Sequence record: PQ850624.1
DNA: 44,889 bases
Direction: 5' to 3' (one strand)
Source: Escherichia phage RuthEpting_Bas85
Part shown: piece by piece, positions 36,143 through 43,420 of the stretch
How the letters are laid out: each line of letters opens with the position of its first letter
Numbering within the stretch: position 1 is the stretch's first letter
Notes under the pieces: generated by a model
What the model was told of the DNA's origin: nothing
Databases searched by the model: none
What the model saw: only the letters and a program-made list of their open reading frames with translations
Position numbers and translations under genes: made by a program

Positions 36143-36661
36143 TTAATCTTCTAATTCGAAATACGTTTCTACTATTTCTTTTAAATCTTTATGGAAGTCT
36201 TCGACGTCGTCATCTTCCAGCTTGGCGACGGATTTAATTTCGAACGCTTCCAGCAGATCATCAAATTCGTCGTTTGCGTCGTCGTCATCGCCGCCTGCGA
36301 TAATCGCGGCATACTGCTTGATTTCGTCGCGCATCTCTTTCAGAGGATCGGCTTCTTTCTTGCCTTTACCTTTCGCCGGTGCTTTTTTAGACTTCGCAGG
36401 TGCTTCTTCCTCGTCCGCGTCGTCGTCATCTTCTACGGCTTCTTTCTTAGCCTTGCCCTTTGCAGGCGCTTTTTTGGACTTCGCCGGTGCTTCATCTTCA
36501 GCGTCGTCATCTTCGACTACTTCTTCTTTTGCCTTGCTCTTAGCCGGGGCTTTCTTCGCTTCCTGTTTACCAACGGCAGCGCCAGCAGTTTCGTAATGCT
36601 TAGCGATGGTTTCCAGTGCTACTACGCCGCGAGTGATCAGGTTTACGATTTGCTCAAACAT
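36143..36661 (-). CDS. highly charged repeat protein (first gene of leftward early operon)
   Basis: 172 aa; ATG 36661 with RBS GGAGA; two ~29-aa tandem repeats (EDDDAEDEAPAKSKKAPAKGKAKKEAV) and an acidic C-terminal half. Confidence 0.5.
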   Translation of the reverse strand: MFEQIVNLITRGVVALETIAKHYETAGAAVGKQEAKKAPAKSKAKEEVVEDDDAEDEAPAKSKKAPAKGKAKKEAVEDDDDADEEEAPAKSKKAPAKGKGKKEADPLKEMRDEIKQYAAIIAGGDDDDANDEFDDLLEAFEIKSVAKLEDDDVEDFHKDLKEIVETYFELED

Positions 36662-36721
36662 GGTATATCTCCGATTGGTTAATTTAAGTATTCGGTGCGG
36701 TATGCCCCGTCAACGAGGTGG

Positions 36722-36751
36722 ATAATAGATTGGTTGCAGGCGGGGTGTCAA
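36722..36751 (-). promoter_or_regulatory. leftward early promoter (sigma70-like) with embedded ATTGGTTGCA motif
   Basis: Minus-strand reading TTGACA(36751-36746)-N18-TATTAT(36727-36722); motif at 36729-36738 lies in the spacer; -35 is part of a 13-bp inverted repeat shared with the rightward promoter. Confidence 0.5.
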
Positions 36752-36870
36752 CAACTAATTTCAAAAAAAAAGCGCCGAGGCAAAATGCGACGGCGCTAAC
36801 CAATAAGAGACAATGAGACGTGATTATTATTATTACACGCGTGCGCGCCCGTTTCAATATACAAAAGGAG

Positions 36871-36899
36871 TTGACACCCCGCATTTTTAGGTGTAGTTT
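36871..36899 (+). promoter_or_regulatory. rightward promoter (sigma70-like)
   Basis: TTGACA(36871-36876)-N17-TAGTTT(36894-36899); followed by palindromic TTGGTCATTAACCAAT (36902-36917) and RBS AGGAGA before ATG 36931. Confidence 0.45.
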
Positions 36900-36930
36900 C
36901 GTTGGTCATTAACCAATAGGAGACAGAACA

Positions 36931-37260
36931 ATGCATATCCACGACGCTATCGAAATGTTAACTACGGCTGTTAGTGGCGAGACAAGCCGGTCCTGGGCTT
37001 ATACCGATGCCGTTGGCGCGGCGTTATTTGAGATCGAACGCCTGCGCAGTGCCGAAAAAGAATTGCGCGCCAAGCTGGAATTACTCAACGGTACGGCAGC
37101 AAGCAAGTTGCAAAAGCACAATGAAGAAATGGAAGAATACAAAAAGCAGGTTATCCGTTTGCGCGACGAGGGCAAGTCCTGGGCGATGATTGCCGAGTTG
37201 ACCGGAATTAATCAAAGCACCGTGCGCTCCTGGGTACGCAATAATAAAACTTCTAAGTAA
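36931..37260 (+). CDS. HTH-containing regulatory protein (putative)
   Basis: 109 aa; C-terminal HTH-like segment KSWAMIAELTGINQSTVRSWVRN; first gene of the rightward operon. Confidence 0.55.
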   Translation: MHIHDAIEMLTTAVSGETSRSWAYTDAVGAALFEIERLRSAEKELRAKLELLNGTAASKLQKHNEEMEEYKKQVIRLRDEGKSWAMIAELTGINQSTVRSWVRNNKTSK

Positions 37261-37270
37261 GGCATCGGCA

Positions 37271-39535
37271 ATGAGCTTAATTAAATTCGCAGTAACAAGA
37301 CCCGCTAAAAAAGGCGAAAAAGCCAGGGCGGAAAACTTCGAGATGACCACTGATGAATTTTTCGAATTTATCAATGATGCAAAAGAAATCTCCTCGGTGC
37401 ACATCAACAAGACTGAAGATAAAGCCGAGTATGCGCGCCGCAAGCGTAAGGCCGATGGCATCGTGGCCTATACCAATGATGGGTTACGCCGCAAGACCAG
37501 TGCGGTCGACCGCTCGATCCTGTTCTTCGATATTGACCGCACCGACACCCGCACATTACGCCGCTGCCGTAAAGCGTTCACCGACGCTGGTCTGGAGCAT
37601 GTATTCCACACCACGACCGGCGACCGTCACCCACTGAAAGGCGGCACACGTTGTGCCCGTTTCCTGGTGCTCACTGACAAGCCTGTACCGGCTGAAGACC
37701 TGGGCCGCGTCCAGTATGCGCTATTAGACCAACTGGGCCTGTCAGATGTGGACTTCGACGACTGCACGAAAGACACCAACCGCCTTATGTACCTGCCTCA
37801 CCAGCAGTCAGTCATTAAGTGCCACTACGGCAAGCGCGCCCGTGTCCGTCGTCTGCTTCGCCTGGCTGACAAGCTGGGAGTTGAGAAAGAGGAAGTGCGC
37901 CGCGAACTGACCCAGGGCGACGATGGCGTGGCGGACGGGATTCTGGATTGGTGCTTCCAGGCTGGCTTTGAGCCGCTGTCATCCGGTCGCGGTTATGAAG
38001 TGCCGTGCCCGAACGAGCACCTACACAGTGGTGAAGGGTCGACGGCTATCATGGTTAAGGATGGAGAGATCCGTTTCAAGTGTATGCACACCGGTAACGA
38101 GTGCTGTTCCGAACTGAACAAACACCAGCACCTGGCGCTGCGTCTGATCGGCATTCCGGACCACCTGAACGTCGAACCACACAATATGTCACGCAAGCAA
38201 ATCGCCGCCATCCTTCCGGGACTGGACGACGAGGAAGTGGAATCGTGCTATGAGCATATTGTTGATGCGGTCGGAGACGGCGACGAGTACGGCGAATGCA
38301 CCGACGCTGACCTGGACAACGAGCCGGTCGCACTATTCAGTAAGCACGACCCGATCATCGAAGGCCTGGTCAACTTCAAATCGACCTGGTATATGGCTGG
38401 TGAGTCGAACATTGGTAAGTCGTTCTACGTGCTGGGCCAGATGGGTGCTGTTGCCGCAGGTATTCCGTTCGGCGGTGCGAAGGTTGTCCAGTCGCATTGC
38501 TTCTATTTCGATGCGGAAGGCGGCGAAGCCTCAAACCAGCGTAAGGAAGCATTGCAGATTAAATATGAGCACGACCTCGACAAGCTGCACATTATCGATC
38601 TGCAATCACGCGGCTGGGATATCACCAGCAAGTCCGGCTTGCGCGAAGTTATCAGCTTTATCAACCGCACCGCTAACGGGGAGCCGGTTGGCCTGGTGGC
38701 CTTCGACTCACTAAACCAGACTGTAGCGCTGCGGTCCGCTGATGCCAAACCGTTCGACGAGAACAACGCAAGCGATATGGGTGAAGTGGTCAAAGCGCTG
38801 AAGTCCATTGCGGAAAATACAGGCGGCAGTGCGGGCGTCATCCATCACCCGGCTAAGGGCGCAAACGGCAGCAGATCGCCACGCGGGTCCGGCGCGCTTC
38901 ATGGTGCTGTTGATTCTGCGTTCTTCCTGGAACAGCCGGACGATAATCAGCCAGGCCAACTCAACCTGTATCACGAAAAATCCCGTAACGGCATCAAGCA
39001 AGCGCCGCGTGGCTTCGTCCTGCTCAAGTGCAAAGTTAAGGTGGATCTCCGTAAGTCTGATGCGTTCGAAGCCCACCAGTCCACCAGCACCGGGCCAGAC
39101 TTTGGTGATGTTGTTGCCGGTTGGGACGTCAAGCCGATCGCATCCACGCCGCGCGACGAGACTCTCTACCTCGTACCGGTCGCCCTGGCACCGTTCGCTA
39201 TAGAACAGGCGAAGGCAGCAGGCAAGGCAGCAGTTAAGGAAGAGAACACCGCCGGACCGCGCAACGAAAAAGAGAAGGTGCTTTATGCGGCACTGGAAAA
39301 ACTGATGGAAGATAACCCGGACCATACTGGATTCAGTAAATCGGCAATCGTCCGCCAGGCTGGACTTGCGAAAGGTGGCACATCGACGAAGGCAATCGAC
39401 GATATGGTGGAGCGCGGCGTGCTCGGATTTTATACAGATCCACACACCGGGGCCATCTATGGGTCGTCGAATCTGGTCATAAAATCGGATATACCCATCA
39501 CGCTTTCAGCGACCGATGATGACCTGAAAGATTAA
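37271..39535 (+). CDS. bifunctional primase-polymerase / helicase
   Basis: 754 aa; N-terminal AEP-primase-like motifs (ILFFDIDRTD, TTGDRHPLKGG), Cys/His zinc-binding segment, C-terminal RecA/DnaB-like ATPase (MAGESNIGKSF Walker A, LVAFDSLNQ Walker B). Confidence 0.8.
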   Translation: MSLIKFAVTRPAKKGEKARAENFEMTTDEFFEFINDAKEISSVHINKTEDKAEYARRKRKADGIVAYTNDGLRRKTSAVDRSILFFDIDRTDTRTLRRCRKAFTDAGLEHVFHTTTGDRHPLKGGTRCARFLVLTDKPVPAEDLGRVQYALLDQLGLSDVDFDDCTKDTNRLMYLPHQQSVIKCHYGKRARVRRLLRLADKLGVEKEEVRRELTQGDDGVADGILDWCFQAGFEPLSSGRGYEVPCPNEHLHSGEGSTAIMVKDGEIRFKCMHTGNECCSELNKHQHLALRLIGIPDHLNVEPHNMSRKQIAAILPGLDDEEVESCYEHIVDAVGDGDEYGECTDADLDNEPVALFSKHDPIIEGLVNFKSTWYMAGESNIGKSFYVLGQMGAVAAGIPFGGAKVVQSHCFYFDAEGGEASNQRKEALQIKYEHDLDKLHIIDLQSRGWDITSKSGLREVISFINRTANGEPVGLVAFDSLNQTVALRSADAKPFDENNASDMGEVVKALKSIAENTGGSAGVIHHPAKGANGSRSPRGSGALHGAVDSAFFLEQPDDNQPGQLNLYHEKSRNGIKQAPRGFVLLKCKVKVDLRKSDAFEAHQSTSTGPDFGDVVAGWDVKPIASTPRDETLYLVPVALAPFAIEQAKAAGKAAVKEENTAGPRNEKEKVLYAALEKLMEDNPDHTGFSKSAIVRQAGLAKGGTSTKAIDDMVERGVLGFYTDPHTGAIYGSSNLVIKSDIPITLSATDDDLKD

Positions 39536-39626
39536 ATTTTGCGCGCATTGGTTGCCAAATTGAGTGTTTTTAGCTGGTCGCATTGGTTGCCGTGTAGTGT
39601 AAATATAGTGAATAGTTATGCAGTTT

Positions 39627-39745
39627 TATTGCATAAAATAAGCGGGACAAAAAGCGGGACAGACAGGGGGCGGGACAAAGCGGGACAGCACCCCTTGTCC
39701 CGCCCGGATGGCGCGGCTTTCAGAGGAGCGGGACAGGCGGGACAA
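39627..39745. repeat. iteron array B (second copy)
   Basis: TTGCATAAAAT followed by six exact GCGGGACA copies (39642, 39654, 39670, 39680, 39728, 39737) and one inverted TGTCCCGC; ~85% identical to 11895-12018. Confidence 0.8.
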
Positions 39746-39749
39746 ACCC

Positions 39750-39799
39750 CAGTCTTTCAGACTAGACGGGGGTCAGTCGGCCCCCCTCGTCTGAGACTG
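39750..39799 (+). other. long imperfect hairpin B
   Basis: CAGTCTTTCAGACTAGACGGGGG-tcagtcg-GCCCCCCTCGTCTGAGACTG; arms identical to hairpin A, loop one nt longer. Confidence 0.6.
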
Positions 39800-40017
39800 C
39801 ATAAAATCCGGGATTGCATAATGTACGGCAGCATGACGTGAATTGCGGTCGTCGACGAACTAGGCAACCAATGCGAGTTGTATTATGGGTGGTGAAAAAT
39901 GCAGTTTGCAGTTACAGCAGATAGCGATCAACTTTTTCATACGCATGATTAATATTGGTTGCATTCAGCCTGGCACCCTGCTAGATTGGTTGCACCCCAA
40001 CGAGAGGACCAAACAAA

Positions 40018-40188
40018 ATGAAATTTCCAGTAACCATCAAAGACGGTAAATCAACTATCACCTTCACAAGCAACGACCAGGGCACCTATGAAAGCGGGGC
40101 GACTTGCATGTCTACCCTGGACGATGTGATGATTCGTGTTAATTCCGGTAAAGCCTCGATTGTTGACGACAACACTAAGAAGGACTGA
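40018..40188 (+). CDS. small hypothetical protein (56 aa)
   Basis: ATG with RBS AGAGG; MKFPVTIKDGKSTITFTSNDQ...; below ORF-track size cut-off; first ORF after element B. Confidence 0.4.
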   Translation: MKFPVTIKDGKSTITFTSNDQGTYESGATCMSTLDDVMIRVNSGKASIVDDNTKKD

Positions 40189-40191
40189 ACA

Positions 40192-40497
40192 ATGAGAGCA
40201 TTAATCTGGAAATACTCACGGGCCATAGCGAAGCTGGACGAAGCGAAAAACACAAACGGCAACGTAGACTATGCGCGCCAGTTTGCGGCACGGGCACACC
40301 AACACATCATGAGTGCGCTCGACGATATGGACGCCAGCATGGATGACCTGGGTCCGCTGCGTAAGGCTATCCATGAATACGCGCTGGCATTCTCCCGTGA
40401 GCGCCTGGCCTATCGCTTCGGTATCGGGGATAAGGCAGTGTCAAACGTCGCCCGGATTAAAGCACAGCGCGAACTATTCGCCCAGCTTGCGAAATAA
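40192..40497 (+). CDS. hypothetical protein
   Basis: 101-aa ORF, helical, ATG 3 nt after preceding stop. Confidence 0.45.
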   Translation: MRALIWKYSRAIAKLDEAKNTNGNVDYARQFAARAHQHIMSALDDMDASMDDLGPLRKAIHEYALAFSRERLAYRFGIGDKAVSNVARIKAQRELFAQLAK

Positions 40498-40506
40498 GGG
40501 GCCAAA

Positions 40507-40776
40507 ATGGGCCGTAGCCGAGCTAAACAGCTTTCTTGGCATATTCCCCTGCATTGCATACGAATATGGGCTAAGAACGCGATTGAGGGCGATTACGTGT
40601 ACTGGTGCTATCGCGATGACGTGAAGCCACTTACGCAGACCCGCTACTTGCACCAGTTCGCAGCACAACACGATTTCAGGGTGCGGACTTCCTTGCAACC
40701 AATGGGGATACGTATTACATTACGCCGGAAGCCCGCCGTTGAGCGGGTAGGCAAACACTGGAGACTGAGCAAATGA
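40507..40776 (+). CDS. hypothetical protein
   Basis: 89-aa ORF; contains one in-coding TGCAACCAAT copy (40694-40703). Confidence 0.4.
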   Translation: MGRSRAKQLSWHIPLHCIRIWAKNAIEGDYVYWCYRDDVKPLTQTRYLHQFAAQHDFRVRTSLQPMGIRITLRRKPAVERVGKHWRLSK

Positions 40777-40907
40777 TGATAGGCGGATTCTCGCAGGAGT
40801 TTATCTACCTGCATATGTGCGTACTTGACTACGAACAACACGGCATCGCTACGGTATGCGATGGCGACTATAAGACTGTTGACGAGATTGAGGAGACTGA
40901 GCAATGA
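40773..40907 (+). CDS. small hypothetical ORF (44 aa), uncertain
   Basis: ATGA overlaps at both ends (translational coupling pattern). Confidence 0.25.
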   Translation: MMIGGFSQEFIYLHMCVLDYEQHGIATVCDGDYKTVDEIEETEQ

Positions 40908-41431
40908 AATTACTATTCCGCCGTAAGCGCGATGGATACATCATGAAGCCGATCCAGACCATGGCTAAATACGTGCGATTGCGCCACGTTCACAGCGGCA
41001 TTGAGTGTATGACGACTAAGGCAAATCTGCCGGAGGGGTACGACGTACTCACACATGATATTGAGCGCGGCGATGTGCTGCGTGATATTCGCCACGGCAC
41101 TTGCTGGGTCGTCGAGTATGTCGGTCGGCACGGCTTGCGTATGCAATCCCGCGCGGATGGCGTAGTCGGGATGACTTACTTCGGGCTAATCCACTATGAG
41201 CGCGTGGGGCGCAAGTACAGCCTCCTCAAGTCGCAGCCGCATGAGCGCGCTACTTACGACGCGACCCAGGTGCAATCTAAAATACGCCGTGCTGCGCACG
41301 AAATCGTCAATCGCTTCGATGCCGTGGCGAATGCACAGCGCCATGCGCAGGAATTCGGTGTGGGATTTATCCGTGTCGAACCAGACGGCAGCATGAAGGC
41401 CATCGACCCGCGCTCGGTGATTCTGAAATGA
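40904..41431 (+). CDS. hypothetical protein
   Basis: 175 aa, RBS GAGGAG; no motif recognised. Confidence 0.45.
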   Translation: MKLLFRRKRDGYIMKPIQTMAKYVRLRHVHSGIECMTTKANLPEGYDVLTHDIERGDVLRDIRHGTCWVVEYVGRHGLRMQSRADGVVGMTYFGLIHYERVGRKYSLLKSQPHERATYDATQVQSKIRRAAHEIVNRFDAVANAQRHAQEFGVGFIRVEPDGSMKAIDPRSVILK

Positions 41432-41552
41432 GCGCGACTATCCGTGATATGCTCATGCATAACCGCTTTGAGATAGGCGGGCGAGTGTTCTGCAATTACT
41501 TCGTGGCGCGTGCTTGGGCGCGCCATATTGGACAACCAGAGGGGGCAATACA

Positions 41553-41654
41553 ATGCTATACATCCTCGCGATAATGTGCGGCGGCAGTCTTGCGGCCCTG
41601 GTCTTGTTGGCTGGGATTATCGGCCTGATTAAATACTTATGGTGCAAATTATGA
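41553..41654 (+). CDS. hydrophobic micro-protein (33 aa), uncertain
   Basis: RBS GAGGGGG; MLYILAIMCGGSLAALVLLAGIIGLIKYLWCKL is a single predicted TM helix; stop overlaps next start (ATGA). Confidence 0.3.
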   Translation: MLYILAIMCGGSLAALVLLAGIIGLIKYLWCKL

Positions 41655-41938
41655 TACACGATCTGATATTTTGGTTTGGTTTGGGGTGTGCGTCGCTCTT
41701 TGCTATGGTGCTGGCGCTGCTGATTTGGATATTCCTGGTATGGCCCGCGGTGGAAGCAGCCAGCATTACCCGCATGACGTTCAAGATATACAAGCGCCGC
41801 GGCATATCTGAACACCCGACCAGGTTGCGCATGTGGTGGCTTTGGTATCTGGATATGATTGGCGGTCGAAGGTTTGAGGCCATCCGGTCATCCGGGTGGG
41901 AATGGAAAGGCGTCGGCAAGTGGTCCATTTTCGATTAA
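41651..41938 (+). CDS. membrane protein (putative lysis-associated)
   Basis: Start at ATG 41651; ~95 aa with one TM segment and a Trp/Arg-rich C-terminus; followed by terminator, then holin genes. Confidence 0.4.
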   Translation: MIHDLIFWFGLGCASLFAMVLALLIWIFLVWPAVEAASITRMTFKIYKRRGISEHPTRLRMWWLWYLDMIGGRRFEAIRSSGWEWKGVGKWSIFD

Positions 41939-41955
41939 ATATGCAGTCGTGATAT

Positions 41956-41990
41956 AGTCCCAGTGAGCTAAAACTTACTGGGACTTTTTT
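41956..41990 (+). terminator. rho-independent terminator
   Basis: AGTCCCAGT-gagctaaaactt-ACTGGGACT (perfect 9-bp stem) followed by TTTTTT; ends 1 nt before ATG 41991. Confidence 0.7.
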
Positions 41991-42281
41991 ATGGATAAGC
42001 TAAACGAGTGGTTATTCGCCCTCGCGTGTCTTGCAGGTGGCTTCGTTGGCGCTCGCATTCACGGTGAGGCAACGAAAGGGCCGCTAAATTTTGTATTGTT
42101 TATCGTGGTCGGCTTCTTGTGCGCCGTGTTTGGGGCACCAGCTATTGCCGAGTGGTTTAATCTAACCGGACCGAGAACTGTCGCCGGTCTTGGCTTCGTA
42201 ACGGCAATCTTCTGGATGCCGGTCGCCGCCAGAATCCGTGAAGCAATCTCCTCGTTCCGTCTGCCGGGGAATGCAAAATGA
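41991..42281 (+). CDS. holin (putative, three hydrophobic segments)
   Basis: 96 aa; hydrophobic stretches (WLFALACLAGGFVGA, NFVLFIVVGFLCAVFGAPAI, VAGLGFVTAIFWMPVAA), charged C-terminus; upstream of endolysin. Confidence 0.55.
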   Translation: MDKLNEWLFALACLAGGFVGARIHGEATKGPLNFVLFIVVGFLCAVFGAPAIAEWFNLTGPRTVAGLGFVTAIFWMPVAARIREAISSFRLPGNAK

Positions 42282-42517
42282 TTATCGCCATCCTGTTATT
42301 AGTGATCGGGGCTTCGTCGCTGTATAACGTATACGCGCCATCCGTCCAGGATGGCATTTGCGGACGGGTGCTCTACCTGCTTACAGCAATGACCTGTATT
42401 ATTGGCCTGATGCAAACGGGGAACGTATCGAATACAGTCTGGTCCGTGCTAATCTGGCTATTCGCATTACGCACACTGCGTAATGCTGTTTTAAATGGGG
42501 TAAAACATGCGATTTAG
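42278..42517 (+). CDS. second holin-like membrane protein
   Basis: 79 aa, two or three hydrophobic segments; overlaps holin stop and endolysin start. Confidence 0.45.
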   Translation: MIIAILLLVIGASSLYNVYAPSVQDGICGRVLYLLTAMTCIIGLMQTGNVSNTVWSVLIWLFALRTLRNAVLNGVKHAI

Positions 42518-42998
42518 TGACAACGGTCTAAGATTTACGGCAGCGTGGGAGTCGTTCAGCCCAGTGCCGTATTTCGCGACTAAGAAGGAGCAGGCCCGCG
42601 GCTTGTACACCTGGGGCTACGGTCATACTGGCACTAATCCGCCACAGAGCATTACCCGCGCGGAAGCGCTGGAGCTACTCAAGCGTGATGTGGCGTATGC
42701 CGAGAACTGGGTGAACAAGTACGCACACCCGAGCATCAATCAGGCGCAATTCGACGCGCTGGTGGATCTGGTAATCAATGCCGGTCAAGGTCCGATCGTA
42801 CCGGATAACATTGCCAATGACTTCGATGACGCGGTGCGCCTGGGTGATTGGGCCAAAGTCCGTGCTACGCTGCCGCAGTTCCGCAAGCAAGGCGGTGAAG
42901 TGCTCAAGGGCCTGGTACGTCGTGCAATCGGCAGACAGGCGCTATTCGATGGTAAGCAGTGGGACGTTGCCGAGAAAATCGGTCGTAACGCGGCATAA
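42507..42998 (+). CDS. endolysin (lysozyme-type, putative)
   Basis: 163 aa; N-terminal GLRFTAAWESFSPVPY...GLYTWGYGHTG resembles catalytic Glu-containing region of phage lysozymes; downstream of holins. Confidence 0.8.
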   Translation: MRFSDNGLRFTAAWESFSPVPYFATKKEQARGLYTWGYGHTGTNPPQSITRAEALELLKRDVAYAENWVNKYAHPSINQAQFDALVDLVINAGQGPIVPDNIANDFDDAVRLGDWAKVRATLPQFRKQGGEVLKGLVRRAIGRQALFDGKQWDVAEKIGRNAA

Positions 42999-43014
42999 TA
43001 AGAGGAAACACAGT

Positions 43015-43182
43015 ATGTTAAAAAGTATTCTTGATCATAACGCGGACGCGCTTGCCGCACTGGCTAAAACGGAAGACCCAGGCGCGCGCGCCATTATCGC
43101 GGACACTATCAGTCATGCGGGTGTCTTTGACGCGAAGCTGCCAAGCCCGCCACCGCCGGAAGAACCAGGCCCAGCGGCATAA
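43015..43182 (+). CDS. small hypothetical protein (55 aa)
   Basis: RBS AAGAGGA; Pro-rich C-terminus (PSPPPPEEPGPAA); followed by terminator. Confidence 0.35.
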   Translation: MLKSILDHNADALAALAKTEDPGARAIIADTISHAGVFDAKLPSPPPPEEPGPAA

Positions 43183-43187
43183 ACACG

Positions 43188-43212
43188 AAGCCCGGTTAAT
43201 TCCGGGCTTTTT
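43188..43212 (+). terminator. rho-independent terminator
   Basis: GCCCGG-ttaatt-CCGGGC followed by TTTTT. Confidence 0.7.
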
Positions 43213-43217
43213 ATTGC

Positions 43218-43256
43218 TTGACTTGCAACCAACATAGGGGCCATACTGCAACCAAT
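43218..43256 (+). promoter_or_regulatory. sigma70-like promoter overlapped by two TGCAACCAA(C/T) motifs
   Basis: TTGACT(43218-43223)-N18-CATACT(43242-43247); motifs at 43224-43233 and 43247-43256. Confidence 0.45.
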
Positions 43257-43278
43257 CAACGAGAAGGAGTAAAACACT

Positions 43279-43359
43279 ATGACACGTAATGATATTTATG
43301 TACTGGCGATCTGGTCCGCCGCCGCATTCATCGGTATGGTTATTTGCGAATTGCTATAG
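43279..43359 (+). CDS. hydrophobic micro-protein (26 aa), uncertain
   Basis: Strong RBS AAGGAG 9 nt upstream of ATG; MTRNDIYVLAIWSAAAFIGMVICELL is a single TM helix. Confidence 0.3.
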   Translation: MTRNDIYVLAIWSAAAFIGMVICELL

Positions 43360-43420
43360 CCCGCCGCCATAGGGACCGTGGTATATTGTCCACGGACCCA
43401 TAATCAGGAAGTAAATTAAT

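Noticed and set aside
36191-36682. Plus-strand ORFs opposite the charged-repeat protein gene
   Set aside because: Same repeat-driven antisense artefact; no RBS, low-complexity products.
39821-39841. Six-codon mini-ORF (MYGSMT) after hairpin B
   Set aside because: Too short to assess; the TGCATAATG context merely mirrors the tape measure start region of copy A and is probably a remnant of the duplication.
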